Source: Candidatus Latescibacterota bacterium
GTDB lineage: Bacteria; Latescibacterota; UBA2968; UBA8231
Assembly: GCA_965248355.1 (NCBI GenBank)
Contig: OZ252098.1
Span: forward strand, 907,099-971,098
Reading direction: 5' to 3'
DNA: 64,000 nucleotides
Position 1 is the first letter of the stretch, and each line of letters begins with the position of its first letter. A model generated the notes under the pieces. The model saw only the letters and a program-made list of their open reading frames with translations, had not been told where the DNA came from and made no database searches. The translations under genes were made by a program, and so were the position numbers. Of the stretch, positions 9,782-19,636 are shown piece after piece.

Positions 9782-11191
9782 TCAGTGGATGACGACCATC
9801 TTGGTCTCCGTCATCTCATGGATCGTGTACTTCGGCCCTTCCTTGCCCATGCCCGAGTCCTTCAGCCCGCCGTAGGGCATGAGATCGGCCCGCCACTGGG
9901 TGCCCCAGTTGATGTGGATGTTCCCGGACTCGACCTGCTGCGCGTACTTCAGGGCCCGGTCGATGTCCTGCGTGAAGATCGAAGCCGAAAGCCCGTAGTT
10001 GGTGTCGTTGGCCAGGGCGATGGCTTCGTCGATGTCGTCGACGCGGGTCACGCCCACGGCCGGTCCGAAGATCTCGTCGCGGGAGACGCGCATCTTGGGG
10101 GACACGTCGGCCAGCACGGTGGGCTCAAGCAGGGTGCCCTCGCGTCCGCCGCCGGTGACCAGGCGGGCGCCGTCGGAGACGGCGTCGGCGATCCAGCTCT
10201 GCACCCGCTCGGCGTCGGACTCGCGGATCATGGGACCCATCCTGGTCTCCTCCTGCAGAGGATTCCCCGTGGTCAGGCCCTCCACCTTCGGGGTCAAGGC
10301 GTCGATGAAGTCACCGTACACGGGGCCCTCCACGAGGATCCGCTGCGCCGAGATGCAGACCTGGCCGGCGTTGGCGAACCCCGAGGAGGCTACCCCTTCG
10401 GCGACCTTGTCGAGATCGGCGTCGTCCATGACCACTACCGGAGAGTTCGAGCCGAGCTCCATGGTGACCCGCTTCAGGCCGGCGGTCCTGCAGATGTGCT
10501 CGCCCACGTCGCGGGACCCGGTGAAGGAGATCTTGCGCACGCGCTCGTCGGAGGCGATGGCATCGCCGATGGTGGCGCCCGATCCGGTGACGACGCTCAC
10601 CGCCTCGGGCGGGAACCCGGCATCGAGCATGATCTCCACCAGCTTGATGCCGGACAGGGGCGTGTCGCTGGCCGGCTTGAGGAGCACGGCGTTCCCCGCG
10701 GCCAGGGCCGGGCCGACCTTGTGGCAGACCAGGTTCAGGGGAAAGTTGAAGGGCGTGATCGCCGCCACCACGCCGCAGGGCACCCGCAGGGTGAAGCCGA
10801 ACTTGCCGGCCCCGTTGGAGGCGCCGCTCAGGTCCAGCGTCTCGCCGGTGAGCCGCTTGGCCTCCTCCGCCGACAGGGTGATCGTCTCCTGGGCCCGCGC
10901 CGCTTCACCCAGGCCTTCGGCGAGGATCTTGCCCTCCTCGAGGGTGATGGTGCGGCCCAGGTCGTCGAGGCGCTCGGTCATCAAGTCGGCGGCCCGGTGC
11001 AGAAGCTCGTAGCGTTCGAAGGCGGGCATGCGGCGCATGATCTCCGCGCCGCGGACCGCGGTGTCGATCGCCTCGGCCACGTCGTCGGTGCCGGCCCTCG
11101 GTACGGTGTCGACGACGGAGCCGTCGAAGGGGTTGAGGACCTCGATCTCCTCCGTCTTGGCGATCCATTGGCCGCCTACGTGCATCTTCAT
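9782..11191 (-). CDS. NAD(P)-dependent aldehyde dehydrogenase
   Basis: 469 aa. It has FTGS, the catalytic ELGSNSP and GQVCISAQR motifs, and C-terminal EEIFGPV-like (DEIFGPAV) and PYGGLKDSGMGKEG motifs. Confidence 0.93.
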   Translation of the reverse strand: MKMHVGGQWIAKTEEIEVLNPFDGSVVDTVPRAGTDDVAEAIDTAVRGAEIMRRMPAFERYELLHRAADLMTERLDDLGRTITLEEGKILAEGLGEAARAQETITLSAEEAKRLTGETLDLSGASNGAGKFGFTLRVPCGVVAAITPFNFPLNLVCHKVGPALAAGNAVLLKPASDTPLSGIKLVEIMLDAGFPPEAVSVVTGSGATIGDAIASDERVRKISFTGSRDVGEHICRTAGLKRVTMELGSNSPVVVMDDADLDKVAEGVASSGFANAGQVCISAQRILVEGPVYGDFIDALTPKVEGLTTGNPLQEETRMGPMIRESDAERVQSWIADAVSDGARLVTGGGREGTLLEPTVLADVSPKMRVSRDEIFGPAVGVTRVDDIDEAIALANDTNYGLSASIFTQDIDRALKYAQQVESGNIHINWGTQWRADLMPYGGLKDSGMGKEGPKYTIHEMTETKMVVIH

Positions 11192-11243
11192 GGCTTTGAT
11201 CCTCTTGCTGAGGTGGTCATTTCGTGAGAGCGGATGAAGATAA

Positions 11244-11759
11244 TCACTCCGAGGACTCGAGGTCGAGGTGCTCCCCGCGGACCCCGCCCGGGCCGACCGT
11301 CAGCATCCCGGTCAGCCGGGGCTTCCGGAACCGCTGGCGCCCGGCGCTGGCGGGATTGAAGTACAGGACGGGCGCCTCGGTCGGCCCCGACTCCTCCAGG
11401 AAAGGGATGTGACTGTGACCGAAGATGACGACCCTCGTGCCAGGGGGCACCGGGTCCCCGGTGGCCCCGCCGCCGGGAGGCGTGAAGATGTGGGTCATGT
11501 AGATCGAAAGGCCGGCGACGGAGAGGCAGACGGACTCGGGCAGGTGTCCGAGTCCGGGGCCCTCGTCCACGTTGCCTCGTACGGCGATCACGGGGGCGAC
11601 GTTGGACAGCTCGTCGAGGATCGACGCGTCCCCAACGTCGCCGGCATGGAGAATGAGGTCGACTCCCGCGTAGAGTTGCGGCACCCTCGGGTCCAGGAAC
11701 CCGTGGGTGTCGGAGACGACGCCGGCCCGGAGGCGGGCGGTCAAGGATCCATGGCGCAT
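11244..11759 (-). CDS. YfcE-type metallophosphoesterase
   Basis: Start ATG at 11759 within ORF 11244..12191. It has the SDTHG, GDVGD, VRGNVD and GHSH phosphoesterase motifs. Confidence 0.8.
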   Translation of the reverse strand: MRHGSLTARLRAGVVSDTHGFLDPRVPQLYAGVDLILHAGDVGDASILDELSNVAPVIAVRGNVDEGPGLGHLPESVCLSVAGLSIYMTHIFTPPGGGATGDPVPPGTRVVIFGHSHIPFLEESGPTEAPVLYFNPASAGRQRFRKPRLTGMLTVGPGGVRGEHLDLESSE

Positions 11760-12616
11760 CGGAAGCCGATGCGCGGCCCCTTGTCGCGCGGTTTTCCGAA
11801 CATCCGCATGGCGATGCGAATCTGGTGCGAGGGGGATTTGTAGGATCCTCCCTTGATCACCCTCTTCGTTCCCGACGCCGGTCCGGTGGGATCCCGGACT
11901 TCCTTGGACTGGCGGTAGTAGTCTACCCTGTGCCAGTCGTGCACCCACTCCTCCGCGTTGCCCGACAGATCCATGATCCCGAAGGGACTCACACCGTCGG
12001 GATAGGAGCCCACCGGGGCGGTCCAGCGGTGGCCGTCCTCGTCGAGCCCGGTCCTCGGTCGGTAGTTCGCCCACCAGACCCCGTTGGAGTACGGATCTCC
12101 GGCGCCCCAGGGGTACTTCCGGTACTCCTTGCCGCGGGCCCCGTACTCCCATTCCGCTTCCGTGGGCAGGCGCCTGCCCGCCCACTGGCAATAGGCGTAG
12201 GCGTCGTACCAGTTGACGCCCACGGCCGGATGGCTGTCCCCGCGCAGATCATCGTTCAAGTAGAGCTGCCCGTGATCCAGATCCGCGGGCTGATCGGGAT
12301 GGTTCCACTTCGCGCCGTGGGCGGCGACAGCGTCGAGGAAACGGCGGTACTGGGCGTTCGTCACCTCGTGCTTGTCGAGGTAGTGGGCGCTCAGCTCCAC
12401 CTCGTGCACGGGCCGCTCGGCGTAATAGGTGAGCAGGTGGCCGTCCGGTGCCTGGCTGACCTCCTCCTCCCGACCGCCCATGGGAAACGCGCCCTCCGGG
12501 ATAAGGACCATGACCGAGCCGTCGTCGGAGGTGATCACGGGATCCGGGCCGCAGCCGAGGACGACGAGGCCGGCCAGGGCCAGGGCGAAGTGGCGGAGGC
12601 GTGGTGCCTCGGTCAT
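11741..12616 (-). CDS. formylglycine-generating-enzyme (SUMF1) family lipoprotein
   Basis: Start ATG at 12616. Lipobox LVVLGC. It has the VTNAQYRRF, RLPTEAEWEYGARG, NAEEWV and RGGSY-like (KGGSYKS) motifs. It overlaps the downstream gene by 19 nt. Confidence 0.85.
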   Translation of the reverse strand: MTEAPRLRHFALALAGLVVLGCGPDPVITSDDGSVMVLIPEGAFPMGGREEEVSQAPDGHLLTYYAERPVHEVELSAHYLDKHEVTNAQYRRFLDAVAAHGAKWNHPDQPADLDHGQLYLNDDLRGDSHPAVGVNWYDAYAYCQWAGRRLPTEAEWEYGARGKEYRKYPWGAGDPYSNGVWWANYRPRTGLDEDGHRWTAPVGSYPDGVSPFGIMDLSGNAEEWVHDWHRVDYYRQSKEVRDPTGPASGTKRVIKGGSYKSPSHQIRIAMRMFGKPRDKGPRIGFRCAMDP

Positions 12617-12689
12617 CGTGCGAAGTCTCCTGAGATGAGTGTTATCAGGGTGGTAGAATGACGGCCACCCTTCACGGTTCCCGGGACCG

Positions 12690-14126
12690 CTACCACCCGA
12701 GCCGGTCCCGGACATCGATCGGACGTCCCGAGTCGTCGGAAACCCCGACCGCAGGGGTCGAGGTTCGCGTGAGGTGGCTCGTGGCAACCAGCGCTGCGAG
12801 CGCGGGGAGGACGGCGAGCAGGTCGGCGGGCCATCCCGGGAGGGCGAACAGGAACAGCATCCAGGCGGCGAAGCCGGTGAGGATCGCCGCGAGGGCCCCC
12901 GCGGCGGTGGCACCCCTCCACCAGATGCCGGCGGTGAGGGGCACGAAGAGGGTGGCGAGCAGCACCGACCAGGAATCGACCATCAGGTCGTAGACCGAAG
13001 TCCGGTGCAGGGCCAGGAGAAGGGAGAAGATCCCGAGGACAACCACGGACAGGCGGGAGGCGCGCAGGCAGGTCCCTTCGGAAACCTGTGGACGCACGGC
13101 GCGAAGAACATCCCAGCCGATCACGCTCGCCGGCGCCAGCAGGGCGCTGTCCGCGCTCGACAACAGGGCCGAGACCAGGGCGCCGATGAACAGCACGAGG
13201 GCCGCCGCCGGCAGGTATCGTTGGGCGATCTCCATCATCACCAGGTCGGGATCGGCCAGACCGGGGATGAGGACGGCGCCCGCCATGCCGAGCAGCACCG
13301 GCAGCAGACCGATGGTCAGGTAGATCAGCCCCGACAGATAGGCGCTGTGCACGGCGACGCGGTCGTCGCGGCTGGACAGGCTGCGCTGGATGAGATCCTG
13401 GCCGGCCAGATTGCCGAGCCCGATGACGAGCCAGTCGCGGGCGTAGCCGAACCACTCGGTGGGGCCCGCATCCCGGGGGTAGAGGTCGAAACGCCCCTCC
13501 GGGATCTTCGCCGCGATGGCGGACCACCCCCCCATGTCGTGCAGGAGCAGGGGCGTGAGGACGACCATGCCGGTGATGAGGACGGCGAGCTGGACGATGT
13601 CGGTGAGAGTCACGGCCCACATGCCCCCGGCGAAGGTGTAGACCAGGACGACGGCGGCGCCCACGAGGATTCCCACCGTGGGGTCCAGGCCGGTCAGGGC
13701 CTGCAGGATGCGGCCGAAGGCGACCATCAGCGCCGCCACCCACCCGACGTAGGCCGGCACCGTGCACAGGCTGGCCAGCAGGCCGCAGCGCGTGTCGAAG
13801 CGCCGGGTGAAGAAGGAGGCCACCGTCATCACCCCGGAGCGGCGCAGAGCGCGGACGTAGAAGGCGCCGGCCAGGAACAGGCACAAGGCGGCGCCGAAGG
13901 GATCGGCGATGACGGCGAGGAACCCGCCCTCGTAGGCGGCACTGGCGGCTCCGATGCACAGTCCGCCGCCGAACCAGGTTGCCGACAGGGTCGCCGTCGC
14001 AAACGGCAGGGACAGCCGCCGCCCGGCGACCAGGTAGTCGGCTGAGCCGGAGACCCGCCGGCTGGCGTAGAGCCCGACGGCGAGCATCACCAGCAGATAG
14101 AGACCCAGCCCGGTTATCACGAACAT
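12690..14126 (-). CDS. sodium:solute symporter (SSS) family transporter
   Basis: Start ATG at 14126 (MFVITGLGLYLL). It has about 13 TM helices and the DYLVAGRRLS motif typical of SSS N-termini. Confidence 0.85.
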   Translation of the reverse strand: MFVITGLGLYLLVMLAVGLYASRRVSGSADYLVAGRRLSLPFATATLSATWFGGGLCIGAASAAYEGGFLAVIADPFGAALCLFLAGAFYVRALRRSGVMTVASFFTRRFDTRCGLLASLCTVPAYVGWVAALMVAFGRILQALTGLDPTVGILVGAAVVLVYTFAGGMWAVTLTDIVQLAVLITGMVVLTPLLLHDMGGWSAIAAKIPEGRFDLYPRDAGPTEWFGYARDWLVIGLGNLAGQDLIQRSLSSRDDRVAVHSAYLSGLIYLTIGLLPVLLGMAGAVLIPGLADPDLVMMEIAQRYLPAAALVLFIGALVSALLSSADSALLAPASVIGWDVLRAVRPQVSEGTCLRASRLSVVVLGIFSLLLALHRTSVYDLMVDSWSVLLATLFVPLTAGIWWRGATAAGALAAILTGFAAWMLFLFALPGWPADLLAVLPALAALVATSHLTRTSTPAVGVSDDSGRPIDVRDRLGW

Positions 14127-14190
14127 GGCGGCCAAACTTAAGAAAACTCGGGGCCGAGGCCCGCAGGGCGCGCCCTCTCCCGGCCACACG

Positions 14191-14220
14191 GGTGGCGGCG
14201 ACCGGTGGCGGAAGCCGCCA
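14191..14220 (+). promoter_or_regulatory. candidate enhancer (UAS) repeats upstream of the psp promoter
   Basis: Direct repeat GGTGGCGG (14191-14198 and 14204-14211) overlaps the inverted repeat TGGCGG-AAG-CCGCCA (14206-14220), about 135-165 nt upstream of the -24 element. Confidence 0.25.
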
Positions 14221-14353
14221 TGCGGAGGCTCGCCAGGTGGCGGGTCTCGCCGACGCGGACCCGGGCCGGATCTGACTTGAGCTCCTTGAGAAGGATCCTA
14301 ACATATTGGGGTACAGCCGGTTAGCCGTTGGGGCCCTGGTGTGGTGATGGTCC

Positions 14354-14369
14354 TGGCACCGCTCTTGCA
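14354..14369 (+). promoter_or_regulatory. sigma-54 (-24/-12) promoter
   Basis: TGGCAC-CGCTC-TTGCA matches TGGCAC-N5-TTGCW exactly. GG (14355-56) and GC (14367-68) are 12 nt apart. It lies 86 nt upstream of the pspA ATG, and a sigma-54 activator is encoded in the same operon. Confidence 0.8.
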
Positions 14370-14454
14370 TTGGACGGCTTCACCCCGACCCCTCGGTGGA
14401 GGAAGAGGCACCGAACGGTTACTTTTCCGCAACCAGCCACGAGAGAGACGAGCG

Positions 14455-15150
14455 ATGGCAAAGGGCATGTTCGCGCGCATGGCAGACATTCTGCGGTCCA
14501 ACCTCAACGAGGCCCTCGACCGCGCCGAGGATCCCGAGAAGCTGATCCGGCAGATGGTCCGCGAGATGGAGGAGGCCGTGAACAAGGCCACCGCCTCGGT
14601 GGGCACGGCCGTGGCCAACCAGAAGCGGCTGGAGCGCCAGCACGACGAGCGGATCGCCCAGTGCGAGGAGTGGCAGCGCCGGGCCGAGCGCGCCGTCGAG
14701 GCCAACGAGGACGACTTGGCGCGGCGGGCCCTGGAGCGCCGGGCGGTCCTGCAGCAGGCGGCCTCCGACCTGGCCCCGGCCCTGGAGGAGAGCCGGCGGA
14801 CGGCGGAGCAGTTGCGGGAGCAGCTGCGGGAGTTGAAGGAGAAGCTCGAGGAGGCCCGGACGCGGCAGGGAACCCTGATGGCCCGCCACCGGGCGGCCGA
14901 GGCCCGCAAGCGTCTGGCCCAGTCGATGCACGGACTCGGCGATGATGCCTTCTCCAGCTTCGAGCGTTTCGAGCAACGTGTCGAGGACAGCGAAGCCGAA
15001 GCCGAGGCCCACGCCGAGGTCGCCTCCGATCTGGGCGAGGTGGAGCGGCGGGTGCGGGACATGGACAGGTCGGCCGTGGTGGAAGACGAGTTGAGGGCGC
15101 TCAAGGAGCGGCTCGTGCGCGAGCGCGGGGGAGCCTCGGGAAAGGGCTGA
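14455..15150 (+). CDS. pspA: PspA/IM30 family (phage shock protein A-like)
   Basis: ATG 14455 within ORF 14341..15150. The N-terminus MAKGMFARMADILRSNLNEALDRAEDPEKLIRQMVREMEE is the classic PspA amphipathic helix/coiled coil. The rest of the protein is all-helical coiled coil. Confidence 0.9.
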   Translation: MAKGMFARMADILRSNLNEALDRAEDPEKLIRQMVREMEEAVNKATASVGTAVANQKRLERQHDERIAQCEEWQRRAERAVEANEDDLARRALERRAVLQQAASDLAPALEESRRTAEQLREQLRELKEKLEEARTRQGTLMARHRAAEARKRLAQSMHGLGDDAFSSFERFEQRVEDSEAEAEAHAEVASDLGEVERRVRDMDRSAVVEDELRALKERLVRERGGASGKG

Positions 15151-15153
15151 GGG

Positions 15154-15642
15154 ATGGGTCGGATCAGCACCTTCTTCGAGGGCGGTCTCAGGCGCGCTGG
15201 AGCGCTGGTGCTGACCTCGGGGGCGGTCGTGCTGCTGTCGGCGGGCCTGGGGCTGATCCTGTACGGGCTCGGTCAGCGCATCGACCACGACGACTGGCAG
15301 GAACCTCTCTCGATCGGGGTCCCCGTGTTCGCTGTCGGCGCGGCGGCCTGGTTCTGCGCCCGCCGTCTCGCCGCCTCGGCGAGACAGGCTCACGCCCGGC
15401 GCATGGAGAACCGCATCCTGCGGCTGGCCCGGGAGAGATTCGGCCGGCTCACGGTGATCGAGGCCGCCGTCGAGGCCGGGCTCACCGCGGCCGAGGCCGA
15501 GTCGATCCTGCGAGGCCTGGCCGAGGGGGGATTCGTGGAGATCGAGGTCAACGACGCCGGGGTCATGAGCTACCGCTTCCCCGAGGTGATCTACCCGCCC
15601 CCGGGAGGCGGCTCCTGCTCGCGCCCTTTGGCGTCCGGCTGA
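15154..15642 (+). CDS. membrane protein, 2 TM helices plus winged-helix-like cytoplasmic domain
   Basis: Starts 3 nt after the pspA stop. Two hydrophobic helices are followed by RILRLARERFGRLTVIEAAVEAGLTAAEAESILRGLAEGGFVEIEV, which is winged-helix (wH)-like. No family was recognised. Confidence 0.7.
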   Translation: MGRISTFFEGGLRRAGALVLTSGAVVLLSAGLGLILYGLGQRIDHDDWQEPLSIGVPVFAVGAAAWFCARRLAASARQAHARRMENRILRLARERFGRLTVIEAAVEAGLTAAEAESILRGLAEGGFVEIEVNDAGVMSYRFPEVIYPPPGGGSCSRPLASG

Positions 15643-15670
15643 CCGGACTGGATTGAAAGGACTGAGCCCC

Positions 15671-16018
15671 ATGAGGATACCGACGATCTTCGCTTGGCCG
15701 ACACCGTATCTCTGGCTAGGCTTGGCCCTGCATCTGGTCGCGGACGTCACTGACTCTGCCATCATGATGATCCCGGCCCTGATCATCCTCGCTGTAAGCC
15801 TGGTCCACATCGTCAGGGGGATGGCCGAGCGCCCGAGTCCAGGAGGCCGCAGGGCGGAGGAAGGGTCCGGAGAGCCCCCGGGGCTGGACCAGCGTCTCTC
15901 CGAGATCGAGGGGCGCCTCACCGACACGCAGGACGTGATGATCGCCCTCAGCGAGAAGATGGACCGCTGGGAGCGGGAGGTCCCGCCCGCCGACCGCGAT
16001 CGCACCCCAACGAGCTGA
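15671..16018 (+). CDS. PspB-like membrane protein (TM region plus C-terminal coiled coil)
   Basis: ATG 15671 within ORF 15653..16018. The hydrophobic N-terminal half is followed by LDQRLSEIEGRLTDTQDVMIALSEKMDRWERE, which resembles the PspB topology and C-terminal helix. Confidence 0.55.
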   Translation: MRIPTIFAWPTPYLWLGLALHLVADVTDSAIMMIPALIILAVSLVHIVRGMAERPSPGGRRAEEGSGEPPGLDQRLSEIEGRLTDTQDVMIALSEKMDRWEREVPPADRDRTPTS

Positions 16019-16029
16019 GGAGAGGGAAG

Positions 16030-16176
16030 ATGCTGGTCAAGATCCTTGGAGTCGCCTTGCTGGTCGTGGGCGTCGTTCTCGCCCTGGACATGCTGCTGGG
16101 AGTGCTCTGGTCGATCCTCTCCGTGGCCTTCGTCGCCGCCCTCGTCTGGGGCGGATGGAGATTGCTGAAGTCGTGA
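16030..16176 (+). CDS. 48-aa two-TM hairpin micro-protein
   Basis: Not in the ORF track (below cutoff). GGAGAGGGAAG SD sequence, ATG 16030, translation MLVKILGVALLVVGVVLALDMLLGVLWSILSVAFVAALVWGGWRLLKS, TGA 16174-16176. Its stop overlaps the start region of the kinase gene. Confidence 0.5.
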   Translation: MLVKILGVALLVVGVVLALDMLLGVLWSILSVAFVAALVWGGWRLLKS

Positions 16177-17614
16177 GGGGGCCCGCGGTCGAGGCCCGCC
16201 CGCAGGCCCTGCTGGAGGAGGGACGCCGGCTCTTCCGCCAGGGTCGCCACCCCGAGGCCCGCGAGGTCCTGGAGCGGGCGCTGGAAACCGCCTCGGAAGA
16301 GGCGGGCGGGTCCCCCGGGAGCGGGCGCGCGGAGATGCTCTTCCTGCGGGGCATGTGCCACCTCCAGGAGGGCGGGGAGGCCGACGCCGTCGAGGATCTG
16401 GAGGCGGCCTCCCGCCTCGGCTGGCTGGAGGCGCGATTCCAGCTCGCCCAGCACTACGCCCGCAAGGGCCGCCGCGGGGGCGATCTGCGCCGGCGGGCGA
16501 TCTCCCATCTCGAACAAGTGCTGGCCGCCGGAGCTGACGACCCCAGCCTCGCCGCCGGCCGGGACCGGGTCTGCTTCGCCCTGGGCGGCCTCTACGCCGA
16601 GGGGGAGGCGTCCGGGGACGTCGATCGGGGGATCGCGGCCTACCGCCAGGGTCTGTCCGTCAACCCGCTGTCCGCTTCCGGGCACAACAGCCTGGGACAG
16701 CTGCTCATGCGCTTCGAGCCCCTCGGCGCCCTCGGCGAGTTCAAGGTCGCCCTGCAGCTGGACCCGGATCTGCGCGCCGCCTACAGCAACCTCGCCCGGC
16801 TGTTGCTCGAGCACATCCAGCCGCGAGAGCTCGCCGCCGAGTACGCCCGCATCGTGGAGGAGTTCGAGGAACGGGCTTCCCACGTGCTCGCCCGCCTGTC
16901 CCAGGAGCTGGTCGAGCTCGGGCGGGAGCAGGCCTATCGCGGCCTGTACACCAAGGGCCACCAGCTGAAGAACCTGATCGGCCTCGTGGGAAGCCGACTC
17001 CGGCGTCTGACACGGCGGATGCCTCCGCAGGCCGGGGCGGGCGAGGAACTGCGCCAGATCGAGCAGGAGCACGGCCGGCTCTACGAGGAGTGGGTCGGCT
17101 ACCTGTCGGCCATGACACCCGACCGCCTCGTCACGGGCCTCGTCGACCCGGCCCGGGTCGCACGCCGGGTGGTCGCCGCCCTGGGCGCCGACGCGCAGGC
17201 CGGTCTCGAGATCCGGGTCCAGGAGGGTGTGCCCCGGATCGAGGCGGATGAGCGCCTGCTCCGGGAGGCCGTCACCAACCTGTGCATCAACGCCCTTCAG
17301 GCCTTGGCCGGCGAGGCCTCTCCGGGCGAGGTCTCCGTCGGCGTCGGTTTCGACGACGGCGGCGTCTTCATCGAGGTGGAGGACACGGGTCCGGGGATTC
17401 CCGCCGAGGTCATGGACCACGTCTTCGATCCCGGCTTCACGACCAGGGAACAGGGCAACGGCTACGGTCTGGCCATCGCCCAGCGCATCGCCCATGCCCA
17501 TCACGGCGATCTGCGCGTCAAGAGCCGCGTAGGCCACGGCACCGTGTTCCGCCTCGACCTGCCCGTCAACTACGACGCCGACAGCCCCCACGACCGGATC
17601 GGCGGGGAGGCCCC

Positions 17615-17618
<4 letters not shown>
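16155..17618 (+). CDS. soluble TPR-repeat sensor histidine kinase
   Basis: No TM helix. The N-terminal ~250 aa contains TPR/Sel1-like repeats. It has an H-box (GHQLKNLIG), N-box (EAVTNLCINALQA), G1 (VEDTGPGIP) and G2 (GNGYGLAIA). An alternative GTG start lies at 16173. Confidence 0.85.
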
Positions 17619-19036
<1,418 letters not shown>

Positions 19037-19187
19037 ACGGCGTCCCCGCCCCGTCCAAGGAGGCCGCCGAAGGTCCTCCGGGACGGATCCGCAGTCAGTG
19101 GTCCCCGCGGACTCCTTGACGCTGGCCGTGCGCATGCCTTCTTAGGCGGTGCTCCGGCGCCGTGCGACCCAACGAGTCCGAGGGACG

Positions 19188-19502
19188 ATGGAGAAGCAGT
19201 TCAAGGTGGAGACCTTCCTGGGCGGCGACCTGGCCGACCTCTACGAGACGGTCATGGCGCAGTTCGAGGCATCCGGCTCCGTGAGTCTGTCCGAGATGAA
19301 CCGCGCCCTGCTGCAGACCGGGTTGCTGATGCACATGACCATGATGACCTCCATGGGAGTTGTCTCCGATGAGGAGCGCCGGCAGAGGATGGAGAAGCTG
19401 GCCGAAAGGGTGGGCAAGGAGAACCTGATGTGGGAGGTGGTGGAGCTGGCCCGGCGGCACTGGAGCAAGGGAGGGGCCGGCAGCATCGACCTGCAACCCT
19501 AG
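19188..19502 (+). CDS. hypothetical protein (105 aa)
   Basis: ATG 19188 within ORF 19149..19502, with GAGGGA upstream. Balanced, helical-looking composition. No recognisable family. Confidence 0.55.
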   Translation: MEKQFKVETFLGGDLADLYETVMAQFEASGSVSLSEMNRALLQTGLLMHMTMMTSMGVVSDEERRQRMEKLAERVGKENLMWEVVELARRHWSKGGAGSIDLQP

Positions 19503-19579
19503 GCAGGAGGGCCACCGGACCCCTTAGGAAAACTGCATAACATGTTGCAGTACAGCCAGTTATGCATACGATTTCAGAT

Positions 19580-19608
19580 TTGACAGGGACGCGGCAGCCC
19601 CGTACATT
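19580..19608 (+). promoter_or_regulatory. sigma-70-type promoter for iscU-sodA
   Basis: TTGACA (19580-85), 17-nt spacer, TACATT (19603-08), inside an unusually AT-rich island. It lies within the ORF-track N-terminal extension of iscU, which argues for the downstream GTG start. Confidence 0.5.
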
Positions 19609-19636
19609 CGGAGCCATCCGAATCGGATCGTCCTCC

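Noticed and set aside
19562-19636. ATG-initiated N-terminal extension of iscU given by the ORF track
   Set aside because: The extension (MHTISDLTGTRQPRTFGAIRIGSSS) is not IscU-like, and a good -35/-10 promoter lies inside it. I prefer GTG 19637, but without TSS data this remains uncertain.
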